Assembly: GCA_045653505.1 (NCBI GenBank)
Contig: JAZOLZ010000030.1
Coordinates: 21,805-85,804 of the forward strand
Length of the DNA: 64,000 nt
Origin: Eubacteriales bacterium
GTDB lineage: Bacteria; Bacillota; Clostridia; Oscillospirales; CAG-272
Reading direction: 5' to 3'
Shown here: positions 23,273 through 33,503 of the stretch, piece by piece
Position numbering within the stretch: position 1 is the stretch's first letter
Layout of the letters: every line of letters starts with the position of its first letter
Program-made: the position numbers and the translations under genes
Notes under the pieces: generated by a model
What the model was told of the DNA's origin: nothing
The model's database searches: none
The model's input: the letters and a program-made list of their open reading frames with translations, nothing else

Positions 23273-25660
23273 ATGCGTTACGATAAAGAACTGAACAAAA
23301 TACTTATTGACACGCGAGAAATGGCAAGACTTGCCAAACGCGGCGCTATGCCTACACCCGGCTTTGACGAGGATGAGAGTTATCTCTTTGACGCACCGCT
23401 GTCCCGTGTAAGAGAGACGGTTGGCGAGCTTACGCAAAAAAAACTGGAAATGCCATTTTTTGCAGACGGTAACTCATTTTTGTTAAGTTGTACTGTAAAT
23501 ATTGATTTTTGCGATGCGCTGTGCTTTGCCGTATCGGTAGAAAACCATATAAAGATAAAGGCCGACGTAAGGGCACTTGCAAGAGCCGTAGCCTATCTTA
23601 GCGCGCATATGTATTTCTGCGACAAAGACCTTGAGGGCGGTCATATCTCGATATTCTACGTCAACTCAAAGAGTGGGGAGTCAATGCTTGAAAACGAGTA
23701 CCTCACAAAAGCCGTAACCGAAAAATTCTTTATAAAGTGTAAAGGGAGCCTCGGCATATACGCAAAGCCCGAAATTGACAGAGTTAAATCAAGACTGCCG
23801 TATATGAAGTCTTTAAAGTTCCCCTTTAAATCCATGCGAGAGGGACAGGATGAGTTTATAAGGGGCGCTTACCGTGCTATTGCAAGAGGCCAGACAATGT
23901 TTGCCGTAGCGCCTACGGGCACGGGCAAGACTATCAGCGCGCTCTACCCCGCCCTTAAAGCTGTTGGCGAAGAAAGGGTGGAAAAGGTCTTTTATTTTAC
24001 ACCCAAGGCTACTATAATGTCAGTAGCAAAGGACTCTATATCGCTTATGGCAAAGGACAGCGCAAATATACGCGCTACAATAATCACCGCCAAGGAAAAA
24101 TGCTGTGATTTTAACGTGTGCTGCCGTATCAGTAAGGATATGTGCCGTTTTGCAAAATTAAACAAACTGACAGAGGCTGCTATAAAGTTATACAGAAAAA
24201 ATATTGCCGTAACCGACGTAAGCGATATTAAAGAGGTAGCAAACGAGATGGGTATTTGCCCATACGAGTTATCCTTAAATTACGCAGAGCTGTGCGACGT
24301 TGTAATATGCGATATAAACTATCTTTTTGACCCCGACGTTTATTTCCGCCGCTTCTTTACCGAGGGTGGCAAATACGCCTTTTTGATTGATGAGGCACAT
24401 AATCTGCCCGACAGACTGTGTGATATGTACTCCCCCGTCCTAAGCGAAAGCGATATTGAGGGCGTGCTTGATTATCTGGGAGATCTGTCAGACCTTTATG
24501 AAAGCGCAAAAATCACAAAACGGATATTTAAGGATACCCTTTACCCATTAGTCAAGGATGAGATACGGGTGAACAGTGAGGAGAAGAAGGTAGGCTTTGC
24601 CCACACTACAAAACTACCCGAGCGACTTATCGATATCTTCAGTAAACTTAGTGAGGATATAGAAAACGAGCTTTACTCAATATACAAGAGCAAGGATCAG
24701 GAAAGAGAGGCAAGGCTTTTAACCGTAAGGGATTACAAGCGCAGGATAAACCGTTTTCTCGGTGCGCTTGAGCGCTTTGATAACGGATATGAACTCTTTG
24801 TAAATTACGAGGACGGTAAAATAAGCGCTAAGGTGATGTGCATTGACCCCTCCGGTATGGTAAGGGAGCGTCTTGGCAAGGGACACGGCGCAGTATTCTT
24901 CTCAGCAACGCTGACACCGCTGTCCTACTACAAGAGTGTACTTGGTAACGATAGGAGCGCAATAACACTTGAGGGCGTATCCCCCTTTGCAAAGGAGCAA
25001 CTTAACGTATCTATTATGGATAAGGTCTCAACAAGATTTTTGCAAAGAGAGAACACGTTGCTCACCGTCACAAAAATAATAGCGGCAAGCATATCGCCAA
25101 AAAGGGGCAATTATATAATATTTACCCCGTCATTTGCCTATGCAAAATCGCTTTACGAGGTCTTTAAATCAAAGTACCCGAAGATAAAATCGCTCTTGCA
25201 GAGCGCCAACATGTCACAAAGAGAAAGGCAAGAGTTTTTATCAAACTTTGAAAATCACGATAACTATCTTGTTGCCTTTTGTGTAATGGGAGGCATATTT
25301 GCAGAGGGCATTGACCTTAGTGGAGAAAGACTTATCGGCGCTATCGTGGTAGGCGTTGGACTGCCCACCCCCACAGTTGAGAGAGAGGCTATAGCAAGTT
25401 ACTTTGATGAAAAGAGCGACAACGGTAAACAATATGCCTATATCTACCCCGGCATTAACAGAGTACTGCAGGCGGCAGGCCGTGTTATAAGGACAGAAAA
25501 GGACAGGGGCATTATCGTGCTTGTGGACGACAGACTTGGCGACCCCATTTACAAAAAGGCCCTGCCCGATTTGTGGCATGACGTTAATTACCCAAATGAC
25601 GCAAAAGAGCTAAACGAAATAATACAAGCCTTTTGGAACGCCTTTGAAGGAGAAGAATAG
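23273..25660 (+). CDS. XPD/DinG (Rad3-related) family ATP-dependent DNA helicase with Fe-S type Cys cluster
   Basis: 795 aa. Walker A APTGTGKT, DEAH box FLIDEAHNL, Cys cluster KEKCCDFNVCCRISKDMCRF...GICPYE, C-terminal helicase motifs (QAAGRVIR). Has a ~190-aa N-terminal extension. Promoter-like TTGACA-N18-TAAAAT at 23214-23243. Confidence 0.85.
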   Translation: MRYDKELNKILIDTREMARLAKRGAMPTPGFDEDESYLFDAPLSRVRETVGELTQKKLEMPFFADGNSFLLSCTVNIDFCDALCFAVSVENHIKIKADVRALARAVAYLSAHMYFCDKDLEGGHISIFYVNSKSGESMLENEYLTKAVTEKFFIKCKGSLGIYAKPEIDRVKSRLPYMKSLKFPFKSMREGQDEFIRGAYRAIARGQTMFAVAPTGTGKTISALYPALKAVGEERVEKVFYFTPKATIMSVAKDSISLMAKDSANIRATIITAKEKCCDFNVCCRISKDMCRFAKLNKLTEAAIKLYRKNIAVTDVSDIKEVANEMGICPYELSLNYAELCDVVICDINYLFDPDVYFRRFFTEGGKYAFLIDEAHNLPDRLCDMYSPVLSESDIEGVLDYLGDLSDLYESAKITKRIFKDTLYPLVKDEIRVNSEEKKVGFAHTTKLPERLIDIFSKLSEDIENELYSIYKSKDQEREARLLTVRDYKRRINRFLGALERFDNGYELFVNYEDGKISAKVMCIDPSGMVRERLGKGHGAVFFSATLTPLSYYKSVLGNDRSAITLEGVSPFAKEQLNVSIMDKVSTRFLQRENTLLTVTKIIAASISPKRGNYIIFTPSFAYAKSLYEVFKSKYPKIKSLLQSANMSQRERQEFLSNFENHDNYLVAFCVMGGIFAEGIDLSGERLIGAIVVGVGLPTPTVEREAIASYFDEKSDNGKQYAYIYPGINRVLQAAGRVIRTEKDRGIIVLVDDRLGDPIYKKALPDLWHDVNYPNDAKELNEIIQAFWNAFEGEE

Positions 25661-25661
25661 T

Positions 25662-25934
25662 ATGGATGCAGTTGTAATTATCTGCGAGATTATTATAGGA
25701 CTTATCGGTCTGTGTATGGCAGTTTTATCCCATCAGACAGAGGACAGACTGCACGGAGTGTTTGTAATTTTGCTTTGCTCAAGCAGTATATGCGAGCATT
25801 TCTTCCACGATTTGGTGATTTTATGCGATATACTCATTATCGTAACGGCACTTTACGGTATTTTCTTTATAATCTATTCAATACCCCACATCTTAAAGAT
25901 GTTTAAAAAGGCTAAGGAAAAAATAACAAAATAA
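25662..25934 (+). CDS. Small membrane protein
   Basis: ORF 25644..25934 trimmed to ATG 25662 after GAAGGAGAAG. 90 aa, three hydrophobic segments. Confidence 0.5.
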   Translation: MDAVVIICEIIIGLIGLCMAVLSHQTEDRLHGVFVILLCSSSICEHFFHDLVILCDILIIVTALYGIFFIIYSIPHILKMFKKAKEKITK

Positions 25935-25944
25935 TTTTATAAGC

Positions 25945-25986
25945 AAAAAACGGCTCCCTGCAATTTTCGGCACGGGAGCCGTTTTT
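25945..25986. terminator. Bidirectional terminator between convergent genes
   Basis: A-run, stem CGGCTCCC/GGGAGCCG with an inner TGC/GCA pairing, then T-run. Confidence 0.8.
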
Positions 25987-25990
25987 ACTT

Positions 25991-26425
25991 TTATTTCTTT
26001 TTTCTTTTTTGCTTTGGTATTGGGACAAACAACCCACCTTTAAAGAGGTCGAAATCGGAGGTAGAGTAAAGGGGTCGGTTAAAACCGAAAAGAGTAAGAG
26101 TGCGACGTATTTTAAGGCCATCGGCCTCATTATCAACTCTCTCAAGTTTAAGATTAAGTCTATATAAAATATTTGTGCTTTGTATCTTATCAATAAGTTT
26201 TTTGGTGCAAAAGTCGGTTAGTTGTAAATATAAGTTATCATAAAACTCTATAAATTCATCGCGTGGCATCTTTTTCTTTTTTGCATTTTTATCGGGCATA
26301 TCGGTTTCTTGTATGATGTCCGATTTGAGATACACGCTTTCCCTTGGCAGGGTTATATTAAGTATAAGACACACCCTGCCATCTCTTTTAAATATCCTTT
26401 TTTTATTTACAAAAATATCCCCCAT
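25991..26425 (-). CDS. Hypothetical protein (last gene of the luxS-mtnN transcription unit)
   Basis: 144 aa with a Lys-rich C-terminus. No motif recognised. Confidence 0.55.
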   Translation of the reverse strand: MGDIFVNKKRIFKRDGRVCLILNITLPRESVYLKSDIIQETDMPDKNAKKKKMPRDEFIEFYDNLYLQLTDFCTKKLIDKIQSTNILYRLNLKLERVDNEADGLKIRRTLTLFGFNRPLYSTSDFDLFKGGLFVPIPKQKRKKK

Positions 26426-26487
26426 AGCCTACTCTCTTTTTTGCTTTCACTAGTAAAGAGTATTAAATACGGGGGATATTTATGTTA

Positions 26488-27174
26488 TCAATATTCTGCT
26501 ATAAGGCACATTGTAAGTCTGCCGGAAAGTTCTGCCGCCTTTGGCATAAACTCCATATAATCCATTGCCGCCTTACCCGAAAGGCTGTCGGAAATTGCGC
26601 GCACTATACAGAACGGCACACCGTTTACAAATGCTACCTGAGCTACAGCGGCGCCCTCCATCTCACAGACATTTGCGCCAAAGGTGTTAGCGATAGAGAG
26701 TTTTTCCTCACGCTCGGCTACAAATTTGTCACCCGAGGCAATTATGCCTTCCTTTACCTTAGCGCCTACCTTAGATGCGTTTTTCATCAGTATCTCGCCT
26801 GCGCGCTTATCTGCGTCAAAATACACTCTGTTTATACCGGATACAAGCCCCTTTTCATCTCCTAAAGCAGAGGTATCCATATCATGCTGCAGCGCCTTGG
26901 TTGCCACCACTATATCAAGGCACTCAAGTTCATCTGTAAGCGAGCCGCCGACACCCGAGTTAATTATAAGAGTGGGGTTATATTTTATTATCATAGCCTC
27001 AGCGCACATAGCGGCAAAGACCTTACCTATGCCGCACTTTGCAACAACGACATCCCTCTCACAAAGTCTGCCGAGTGTAAAACTTAAAGATCCACAGTTC
27101 TCTACCCTTTTATCCTGCATCTTTAAGATGAGGGCGTCTGCCTCCTTTTCCATTGCGCATATTACACCAATCAT
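26488..27174 (-). CDS. mtnN: 5'-methylthioadenosine/S-adenosylhomocysteine nucleosidase
   Basis: 228 aa. Typical Pfs sequence (MIGVICAMEKEA..., SGVGGSL, CEMEGAAVAQV). Sits 6 nt downstream of luxS. Confidence 0.9.
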   Translation of the reverse strand: MIGVICAMEKEADALILKMQDKRVENCGSLSFTLGRLCERDVVVAKCGIGKVFAAMCAEAMIIKYNPTLIINSGVGGSLTDELECLDIVVATKALQHDMDTSALGDEKGLVSGINRVYFDADKRAGEILMKNASKVGAKVKEGIIASGDKFVAEREEKLSIANTFGANVCEMEGAAVAQVAFVNGVPFCIVRAISDSLSGKAAMDYMEFMPKAAELSGRLTMCLIAEY

Positions 27175-27180
27175 TTAATC

Positions 27181-27651
27181 TTATACCTCGTATTTAAAGT
27201 CGTTTTTGCTTGAATTCAGGACATCAAGATAAGCCTTGCATTCCCTCTTTGCCAAAGCAAGATCGAGATTTTTATAGTTACCGCACTCTTTTCTTGTGTT
27301 GCCAAACATCTCGCCCTCGTGCTCTACTATCCTTTTAAGAGTGTCCTTTACACATTCAAGCACTGTGTTATCATCCGCATTTCTTACCAAAAGGTAAAAT
27401 CCCGTCTGGCAACCCATAGGGCCAAAATAAACAACATCACCGCCGATTTTTGATGAACGTATATAGGTTGCAAACATATGCTCCACCGAATGCATCACTA
27501 TATTTGACATATAGTCGTTTTCTTCGTTATTAGGCACCCTTGTGCGCATATCGTAAGTCGTTACGTCACCGTCAATACGGGATATATATATCCCCTTGCC
27601 TATTTTGTCGTGATCAACCGAAAAGGATGCTATACGTCTTACATTTTCCAT
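27181..27651 (-). CDS. luxS: S-ribosylhomocysteine lyase (AI-2 synthase)
   Basis: 156 aa. Metal-site motif HSVEHMFA and GPMGCQTGFY. Confidence 0.93.
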   Translation of the reverse strand: MENVRRIASFSVDHDKIGKGIYISRIDGDVTTYDMRTRVPNNEENDYMSNIVMHSVEHMFATYIRSSKIGGDVVYFGPMGCQTGFYLLVRNADDNTVLECVKDTLKRIVEHEGEMFGNTRKECGNYKNLDLALAKRECKAYLDVLNSSKNDFKYEV

Positions 27652-27681
27652 TTTACATTTCCTTTATTTTTTACTAAGTAT

Positions 27682-27710
27682 ATTTTAAAATAAACGCCCC
27701 AAAATGTCAA
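27682..27710 (-). promoter_or_regulatory. Sigma-70 type promoter of luxS-mtnN
   Basis: Minus strand reads TTGACA (27710-27705), a 17-nt spacer, then TAAAAT (27687-27682). RBS AAGGAA lies before ATG 27651. Confidence 0.65.
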
Positions 27711-27730
27711 GTGAAAGATAAAAAGGTGGT

Positions 27731-28010
27731 CTGCAGTATTAGAGTAAATTTGCATTTAAAGATTACAAAACTTGTTTTGAGATTATCAAGGCTGAAAATT
27801 TTGAATTTAGACAAAGATAGCGACCTTGCAATATGCGTATATTGCGAGGGGGGTATCTGCCGTATTAGAGTAAATTTGCATTTAAAGATTACAAAACCTG
27901 TTTTGAGGTCTTTAAGGCCGAAAATTTTGAATTTAGACAAAGATAGCGACCGAAGCAATATGCGTATATTGCAAGGTCGCTATCTGCCGTATAAAACAAA
28001 ATTTACGCCT
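27731..28010. repeat. Tandem repeat, 126-127 bp unit x ~2.2, with nested hairpins
   Basis: Unit 1 is 27731-27856, unit 2 is 27857-27983, and a partial third starts at 27984 (CTGCCGTAT...). Unit 2 carries an 11-bp stem AGATAGCGACC/GGTCGCTATCT (27941-51/27975-85) that encloses a 7-bp stem GCAATAT/ATATTGC. Confidence 0.9.
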
Positions 28011-28018
28011 TAAGGGCC

Positions 28019-30265
28019 TCAAAACTCGTGTATTGTACGCGAGATTACATCCTCTTGTTGCTCTTTTGTTAATTTAATAAAGTTTACCGCATATCCTGAA
28101 ACTCTTACGGTGAGCTGAGGATATTTTTCCGGATGAGCCTGAGCATCACGGAGTGTCTCACGGCTGAATACGTTTACGTTTAAGTGGAAGCCGCCATCAT
28201 CTACGTAGCCGTCTATCATATCTGCAAGATTTTGCTCACGGTCCTCTTTACCTAAGGATGCCGGAGTTACCGAGAAGGTGTTGGAAATACCGTCACGAGC
28301 ATAATCGTAAGGGAGCTTTGCCACAGACTCAAGCGATGCAAGAGCGCCGTGAGTATCTCTGCCGTGCATGGGGTTTGCGCCCGGTGCAAGAGGCTCACCT
28401 GAGCGTCTGCCGTCAGGAGTATTACCGGTATGCTTACCGTATACAACGTTGGAGGTAATGGTAAGAATGGAGGTTGTTGCCTCGCTGTTACGGTAGGTGT
28501 AGTGCTGCTTTATCTTGCCCATAAAGGTCTTTAAGATCCATACAGCAAGTGTGTCTACGCGATCATCGTTGTTACCGTATTTGGGGAAGTCGCCCTCTAT
28601 TCTGTAATCAACAACGATACCCTCCTCGTTACGGATGGGATAAACCTTTGCATACTTGATAGCAGAAAGTGAGTCTGCCGCGCAGGAAAGACCTGCAATA
28701 CCCGTAGCAAAGAAACGATGCACATCTGTATCGTGCAGAGCCATTTCAAGAGACTCGTAACTGTATTTATCGTGCATATAGTGGATAAGGTTTAAGACGT
28801 TTACGTAAAGGTCTGCAAGCCAATCCATCATATTCTCATATTTTTTGATAACCTCATCAAAATCAAGAGGGCCGTCACCTAATATAGGCGCAAACTCAGG
28901 GGATACCTGCAAAGGCTTACCCGTAGCTCTGTCAAGCGAAATCTCGTCCTTACCGCCATTGATAGCGTAAAGCAGACACTTAACAAGGTTAGCACGTGCA
29001 CCGAAGAGCTGCATATCCTTGCCCTGACGCATTGAGCTTACACAGCAGGCGATGCAGTAATCGTCACCCATCTTGGGACGCATAAGATCATCGCTCTCAT
29101 ACTGTACAGCAGAGGTATCAATGGATATCTTAGCGCAGTACTTTTTAAAGTTCTCAGGAAGATTTTTTGACCAGAGAACGGTAAGGTTAGGTTCGGGAGC
29201 GGGGCCGAGGTTTTCAAGCGTATGAAGAATACGGAAGGCTGTCTTTGTTACAAGAGTTCTACCATCGGTACCCATACCGCCAATAGTCTCTGTTACCCAA
29301 GTGGGGTCACCCGAGAAGAGTTCATTATACTCCTTGCCTCTCATAAACTTAACAATACGCAGCTTCATTACAAACTGGTCGATAAGTTCCTGCGCCGCCT
29401 TCTCTGTAAGAATGCCATCTTCAATATCTCTTTGAATGTAAATATCAAGGAAACTTGAGTTCCTGCCGATACTCATAGCAGCGCCGTTCTGGTCCTTGAT
29501 TGCACCAAGGTAACCGAAGTAAAGGAACTGTATTGCCTCCCTGGCATTCTTTGCAGGCTTTGAGATATCAATGCCATAGGACATAGCCATCTCTTTAAGA
29601 GCCTTAAGAGCCTTTATCTGCTCGGAGACCTCTTCTCTGCTGCGCACAAGTTCTTCTGTCATGGCGCCTCTCATATTGAGTTTATCCTTTTCCTTAAACT
29701 CAATAAGTTTATCTATACCGTAAAGAGCAATACGGCGGTAATCGCCTACAATTCTACCTCTGCCGTAAGTGTCGGGCAAACCTGTAAGAATATGAGCACG
29801 GCGTGCAACTCTCATTTCGGGAGTGTATGCATCATATACACCGTCATTGTGTGTTTTGCGGTAATTTTTAAAAGTAAACTTTACATCCGGGTTGATTTCA
29901 TAGCCATAAGCATTAAGCGCGCTCTCAGCAAGTTTAATGCCGCCAAAGGGCATAAGCGCACGTTTGAAGGGCTTGTCTGTCTGTAAACCTACAATCTTTT
30001 CGCGCTTTTTGTCTATATATCCGGGGCCGTGGCTTACAAGAGTGGAAACAACTCTGGTGTCAGCAAAAAGAACACCGCCTGCCTCTCTTTCCTCTTTAGA
30101 AAGTCTGAGTATCTCATCCCAGAGCGCAAGGCTATCATCCGTGGGTCCTTCAAGGAATGAGCCGTCTCCGTGATAGGGTATATAATTGCGCTGTATAAAG
30201 TCGCGCACGTCAATTTCTTCTGACCAATTGCCAAGGTTAAAGCCTTGCCACTGTGTGAACATCAT
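28019..30265 (-). CDS. pflB: Formate C-acetyltransferase (pyruvate formate-lyase)
   Basis: 748 aa. Active-site Cys-Cys (IACCVSSMR). Glycyl-radical motif RVSGYAVNF near the C-terminus. Confidence 0.93.
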   Translation of the reverse strand: MMFTQWQGFNLGNWSEEIDVRDFIQRNYIPYHGDGSFLEGPTDDSLALWDEILRLSKEEREAGGVLFADTRVVSTLVSHGPGYIDKKREKIVGLQTDKPFKRALMPFGGIKLAESALNAYGYEINPDVKFTFKNYRKTHNDGVYDAYTPEMRVARRAHILTGLPDTYGRGRIVGDYRRIALYGIDKLIEFKEKDKLNMRGAMTEELVRSREEVSEQIKALKALKEMAMSYGIDISKPAKNAREAIQFLYFGYLGAIKDQNGAAMSIGRNSSFLDIYIQRDIEDGILTEKAAQELIDQFVMKLRIVKFMRGKEYNELFSGDPTWVTETIGGMGTDGRTLVTKTAFRILHTLENLGPAPEPNLTVLWSKNLPENFKKYCAKISIDTSAVQYESDDLMRPKMGDDYCIACCVSSMRQGKDMQLFGARANLVKCLLYAINGGKDEISLDRATGKPLQVSPEFAPILGDGPLDFDEVIKKYENMMDWLADLYVNVLNLIHYMHDKYSYESLEMALHDTDVHRFFATGIAGLSCAADSLSAIKYAKVYPIRNEEGIVVDYRIEGDFPKYGNNDDRVDTLAVWILKTFMGKIKQHYTYRNSEATTSILTITSNVVYGKHTGNTPDGRRSGEPLAPGANPMHGRDTHGALASLESVAKLPYDYARDGISNTFSVTPASLGKEDREQNLADMIDGYVDDGGFHLNVNVFSRETLRDAQAHPEKYPQLTVRVSGYAVNFIKLTKEQQEDVISRTIHEF

Positions 30266-30290
30266 AATTTTTACATCTCCTTTTTTAATA

Positions 30291-31013
30291 CTATTTTAAA
30301 ATTTCTCTTGCCATTTTAACCGTATCGGTATCGGGAGGCAAAACATCATCAAGTCTGTACTTAATGCCAAGCGCCTCGTATTTTTTTACTCCGAGAGTGT
30401 GGTATGGTAAAACCTCATATTTTTCCACACTCTTAAGAGTATCGCAAAATGCCTTAAGGGATAAAATATCCTCTTTTTCATCCGAAAGGGTGGGGACTAA
30501 AACGTAGCGTATCCACATACTCTTACCGTTATCGGATAGGAATTTTGCAAAATCAAGCGTATTTTTATTGCTAAAGCCGGTTATATCCCTGTGCTTTGCA
30601 TCATCGATATGCTTTATATCCAGAAGAAAAAGATCACACACCGAAAGAAGTTTTTGGTGTTTTTCCACGGATACGGGGTCATCTATATCAAAGGTGCTGC
30701 CCGAGGTATCAACTGCCGTGTGTATCCCCTTTGCCTTAAGGGCCGCAAGCAGTTCTGTCACAAAATCTATCTGCAAAAGCGGTTCTCCGCCCGAGATTGT
30801 AACTCCACCGCGCTTTATATAATTTTTATATTTAAGAACGATCTTTACACACTCATCCACCGTTTTTTTCTTGCCGCCGATACATGACCACGTATCGGGA
30901 TTGTGACAATACTTACAGCGCAGATTGCAGCCCTGCATAAAAAACACAAAGCGTATACCGGGGCCGTCTACTGTGCCAAAGCTCTCTGTCGAATGAATAA
31001 AGCCTGTATCCAT
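30291..31013 (-). CDS. pflA: Pyruvate formate-lyase activating enzyme (radical SAM)
   Basis: ORF 30291..31070 trimmed to ATG 31013 after GGAGGGG. CX3CX2C motif [10 protein letters not shown]. 240 aa. Confidence 0.9.
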   Translation of the reverse strand: MDTGFIHSTESFGTVDGPGIRFVFFMQGCNLRCKYCHNPDTWSCIGGKKKTVDECVKIVLKYKNYIKRGGVTISGGEPLLQIDFVTELLAALKAKGIHTAVDTSGSTFDIDDPVSVEKHQKLLSVCDLFLLDIKHIDDAKHRDITGFSNKNTLDFAKFLSDNGKSMWIRYVLVPTLSDEKEDILSLKAFCDTLKSVEKYEVLPYHTLGVKKYEALGIKYRLDDVLPPDTDTVKMAREILK

Positions 31014-31145
31014 CAGAACCCCTCCTTGTACAATCGTTAAAAAATAGACAAATCGATAAAAATAAGCCACAACTCCAAGTGAGCTATGGCTTGTAAAAAC
31101 ACAATATTAAGTTCCTCTTGGAGCACTAAAATTCTTACCTTAACA

Positions 31146-31174
31146 AGTATACCATAAAGGCACCATTATGTCAA
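31146..31174 (-). promoter_or_regulatory. Sigma-70 type promoter of pflA-pflB
   Basis: Minus strand reads TTGACA (31174-31169), a 17-nt spacer, then TATACT (31151-31146). Leader of about 130 nt. Confidence 0.6.
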
Positions 31175-31228
31175 TAACAAAATCATACAATTATAATTGT
31201 TTTATGACATTTTTTTGGCAAACAAGAC

Positions 31229-31275
31229 AAAAAAAGCCGCCTTTTACAAAATTTGAAAAAGGCGGCTGATTTTTT
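31229..31275 (-). terminator. Terminator after the GH3 gene
   Basis: 11-bp stem AGCCGCCTTTT/AAAAGGCGGCT flanked by A- and T-runs. The T-run follows the stem on the minus strand. Confidence 0.85.
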
Positions 31276-31282
31276 ATAAAAA

Positions 31283-33412
31283 TCAAAGATAAAGAGTTTC
31301 TTCAATATTAAAGCTAACAGGAATGAGATCACTATCCTTTGAGGATGGGCCTACGAGGAGCTTAAACTCGCCCTTTTCCACAACTCTTTCACAGTTAGTA
31401 TCAACGTATGAGAAATCCTTGTATGAAAGATTAAAGGATACACTCTTGCACTCCCCTGCCTTAAGAGGCAACTTTTTAAATGCGATAAGCTGCTTTGTGG
31501 GCAGAATAAGTTTTGAGAATGGATCGTGCATATAAAGTTGTACTATCTCGCATCCGTCAACCTTACCGGTATTTTTAACGTCAAGGGTAAGAGTAAGTGT
31601 GTCTTTATCAAATACTACGTTTGAATATTCGTAGGTAGTATAGGACATACCCTCGCCGAAGCTGAAGAGGAAGTCAGACGGCATATCACAGTATTTGCCT
31701 CCGTGCCAGCCGCGATTTTGCGCATAGTAAGAGGGCTGCTGTCCAACGTGGTAAGGGAAGGAGATCGGGAGTTTACCTACAGGATTATGTAAACCAAAGA
31801 TTACTTTTGCAAGCGCTTCACCACCAAATTGACCACCGTTAAATCCGCAAAGAAGTGCTGATGCATTCTCTTTTACCTCGGGAATACAGAGAGGGCCTGA
31901 GGCAATAAGATTTGCAATTATAGGTGTGCCGCAGTCCTTAAGAGCATTAAAGAGCGCGCTCTCGGTAAAGGTAAGAGTGGGGTTTGCCCTATCCTTTTCT
32001 TCGCCTGCTAAAAATACGTTATCGCCGATGGCAAGGATAACCACGTCGCTTGTCTTTGCCAACTCTACCGCCTCATCAATGCCAGAAAGATCATCGCCGA
32101 GGACGGATACGCCCTTAGCATATTTTACCTCTATTCCGCATTTTTCTGCCTCTGCCTTAACACCCTCAAGGAGTGTTACGTATGGGCGCTGGGGTGGGCG
32201 TGTATAATCAAAGGCGGGGTGTGAGAAATAAGTCCAGTCACCGTAAGCGGCGCGGATATCGTCGGCATTTTCACCGATAACGGCAATGCTCTTTACCCTC
32301 TTTGTATCAAGAGGGAGCACACCGTCGTTTTTAAGCATAACTACGGTATCGTAGGTGATCTTTTTGTTGAGTTCAAGATGCTCTGCCTTGCCGAGATAGT
32401 CCTCATCGGTCTTGTTATAGGGGTTCTCAAACATACCGTATGCAAGTTTGATGCCAAGCACACGGCGTACCGCATTATTTATTACTTCAATATCAATCTC
32501 ACCGTCATTCACAAGCGCAATTGCGTTCTCGTAAAACTCAGCAGATGTCATTATCATATCGTTGCCCGCAAGGAGAGTGAGCTTTGTTGCCTCTCTTGCG
32601 TTATCGCATACAAACTGCCTTTTATAAAGACTGGTAAGATTTATCCAGTCGGTAATAACAAAACCTTCGAAGCCAAGTTCATCCTTAAGTATATCGGTAA
32701 GCAGATGTCTGTCGGCCGTAACGGGCAGACCGTCGGTTGAGCCGTAGGCTGTCATAATACTGCCTGTTTTTGCATCACTTACAGCCTTTTCAAACGGTGG
32801 GAGAAATTCCTGACGCACCTTTCTGTAAGTACAACTGGTATCGTATGCATCGCGCGCACCTGTCGCCTCACCGTAACCGATATAGTGCTTTGTGCAGGCA
32901 ATAACCCTTTCATTATCGCCTACCTGTCCCTGGTAGCCTTTGATAATAGCGCTGCCAAGTTCTCCCGCAAGATACTTATCCTCGCCAAAGGTCTCGTTTA
33001 CTCTGCCCCACCTGATATCTCTGCCAAGGCAAAGCACGGGTGAAAAGGCCATCTGTATACCGTCCGAGAAGGTCTCCTTTGCAGTAGCACGACCCATCTT
33101 TTCGGTAAGCTCGGTATCCCAGGCGCAGGCCATGGTAAGCTGTGTTGGGAAAATAGTAGCGCGGCGGTTTAACGAGTTGCCGTGGATAGCATCAATTGCA
33201 AAGAGAATAGGAATGCCGTTACCTTCTTCCATCGCCGTCTTTTGCAGATGCTTTGCATCATCGCCAAGGATGTGTAAAAACGAGCCTATACCACGTCTTG
33301 CCCACATCTCTGCTTCCTCTTTACTAAGAGAGTTAGCAGGTAATTCGAGCAGTTGTGCCACCTTTTCTTCAAGGCTCATTTTAGAAAGTATTTCTTCAAT
33401 GCGATTTTTCAT
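31283..33412 (-). CDS. Glycoside hydrolase family 3 (beta-glucosidase/BglX-like)
   Basis: ORF 31283..33475 trimmed to ATG 33412 (MKNRIEEILSKMSLEEKVAQL). GH3 motifs including the GFVITDW nucleophile region. C-terminal fibronectin-like domain. Confidence 0.88.
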   Translation of the reverse strand: MKNRIEEILSKMSLEEKVAQLLELPANSLSKEEAEMWARRGIGSFLHILGDDAKHLQKTAMEEGNGIPILFAIDAIHGNSLNRRATIFPTQLTMACAWDTELTEKMGRATAKETFSDGIQMAFSPVLCLGRDIRWGRVNETFGEDKYLAGELGSAIIKGYQGQVGDNERVIACTKHYIGYGEATGARDAYDTSCTYRKVRQEFLPPFEKAVSDAKTGSIMTAYGSTDGLPVTADRHLLTDILKDELGFEGFVITDWINLTSLYKRQFVCDNAREATKLTLLAGNDMIMTSAEFYENAIALVNDGEIDIEVINNAVRRVLGIKLAYGMFENPYNKTDEDYLGKAEHLELNKKITYDTVVMLKNDGVLPLDTKRVKSIAVIGENADDIRAAYGDWTYFSHPAFDYTRPPQRPYVTLLEGVKAEAEKCGIEVKYAKGVSVLGDDLSGIDEAVELAKTSDVVILAIGDNVFLAGEEKDRANPTLTFTESALFNALKDCGTPIIANLIASGPLCIPEVKENASALLCGFNGGQFGGEALAKVIFGLHNPVGKLPISFPYHVGQQPSYYAQNRGWHGGKYCDMPSDFLFSFGEGMSYTTYEYSNVVFDKDTLTLTLDVKNTGKVDGCEIVQLYMHDPFSKLILPTKQLIAFKKLPLKAGECKSVSFNLSYKDFSYVDTNCERVVEKGEFKLLVGPSSKDSDLIPVSFNIEETLYL

Positions 33413-33503
33413 AAATTTTCTCTTTTCTTGTAAAATTGGGCGAAAATGCAAATATAAATTAACATTAACGCCCAATAAGTATTATTTATCTATCTTTTGA
33501 AAA

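Noticed and set aside
27707-28013. ORFs of 83 aa (-) and 100 aa (+) spanning the tandem repeat upstream of luxS
   Set aside because: Both are open only because the 126-bp unit lacks stops. The peptides are internally repeated low-complexity strings, and there is no RBS. I treat the region as non-coding repeat DNA.
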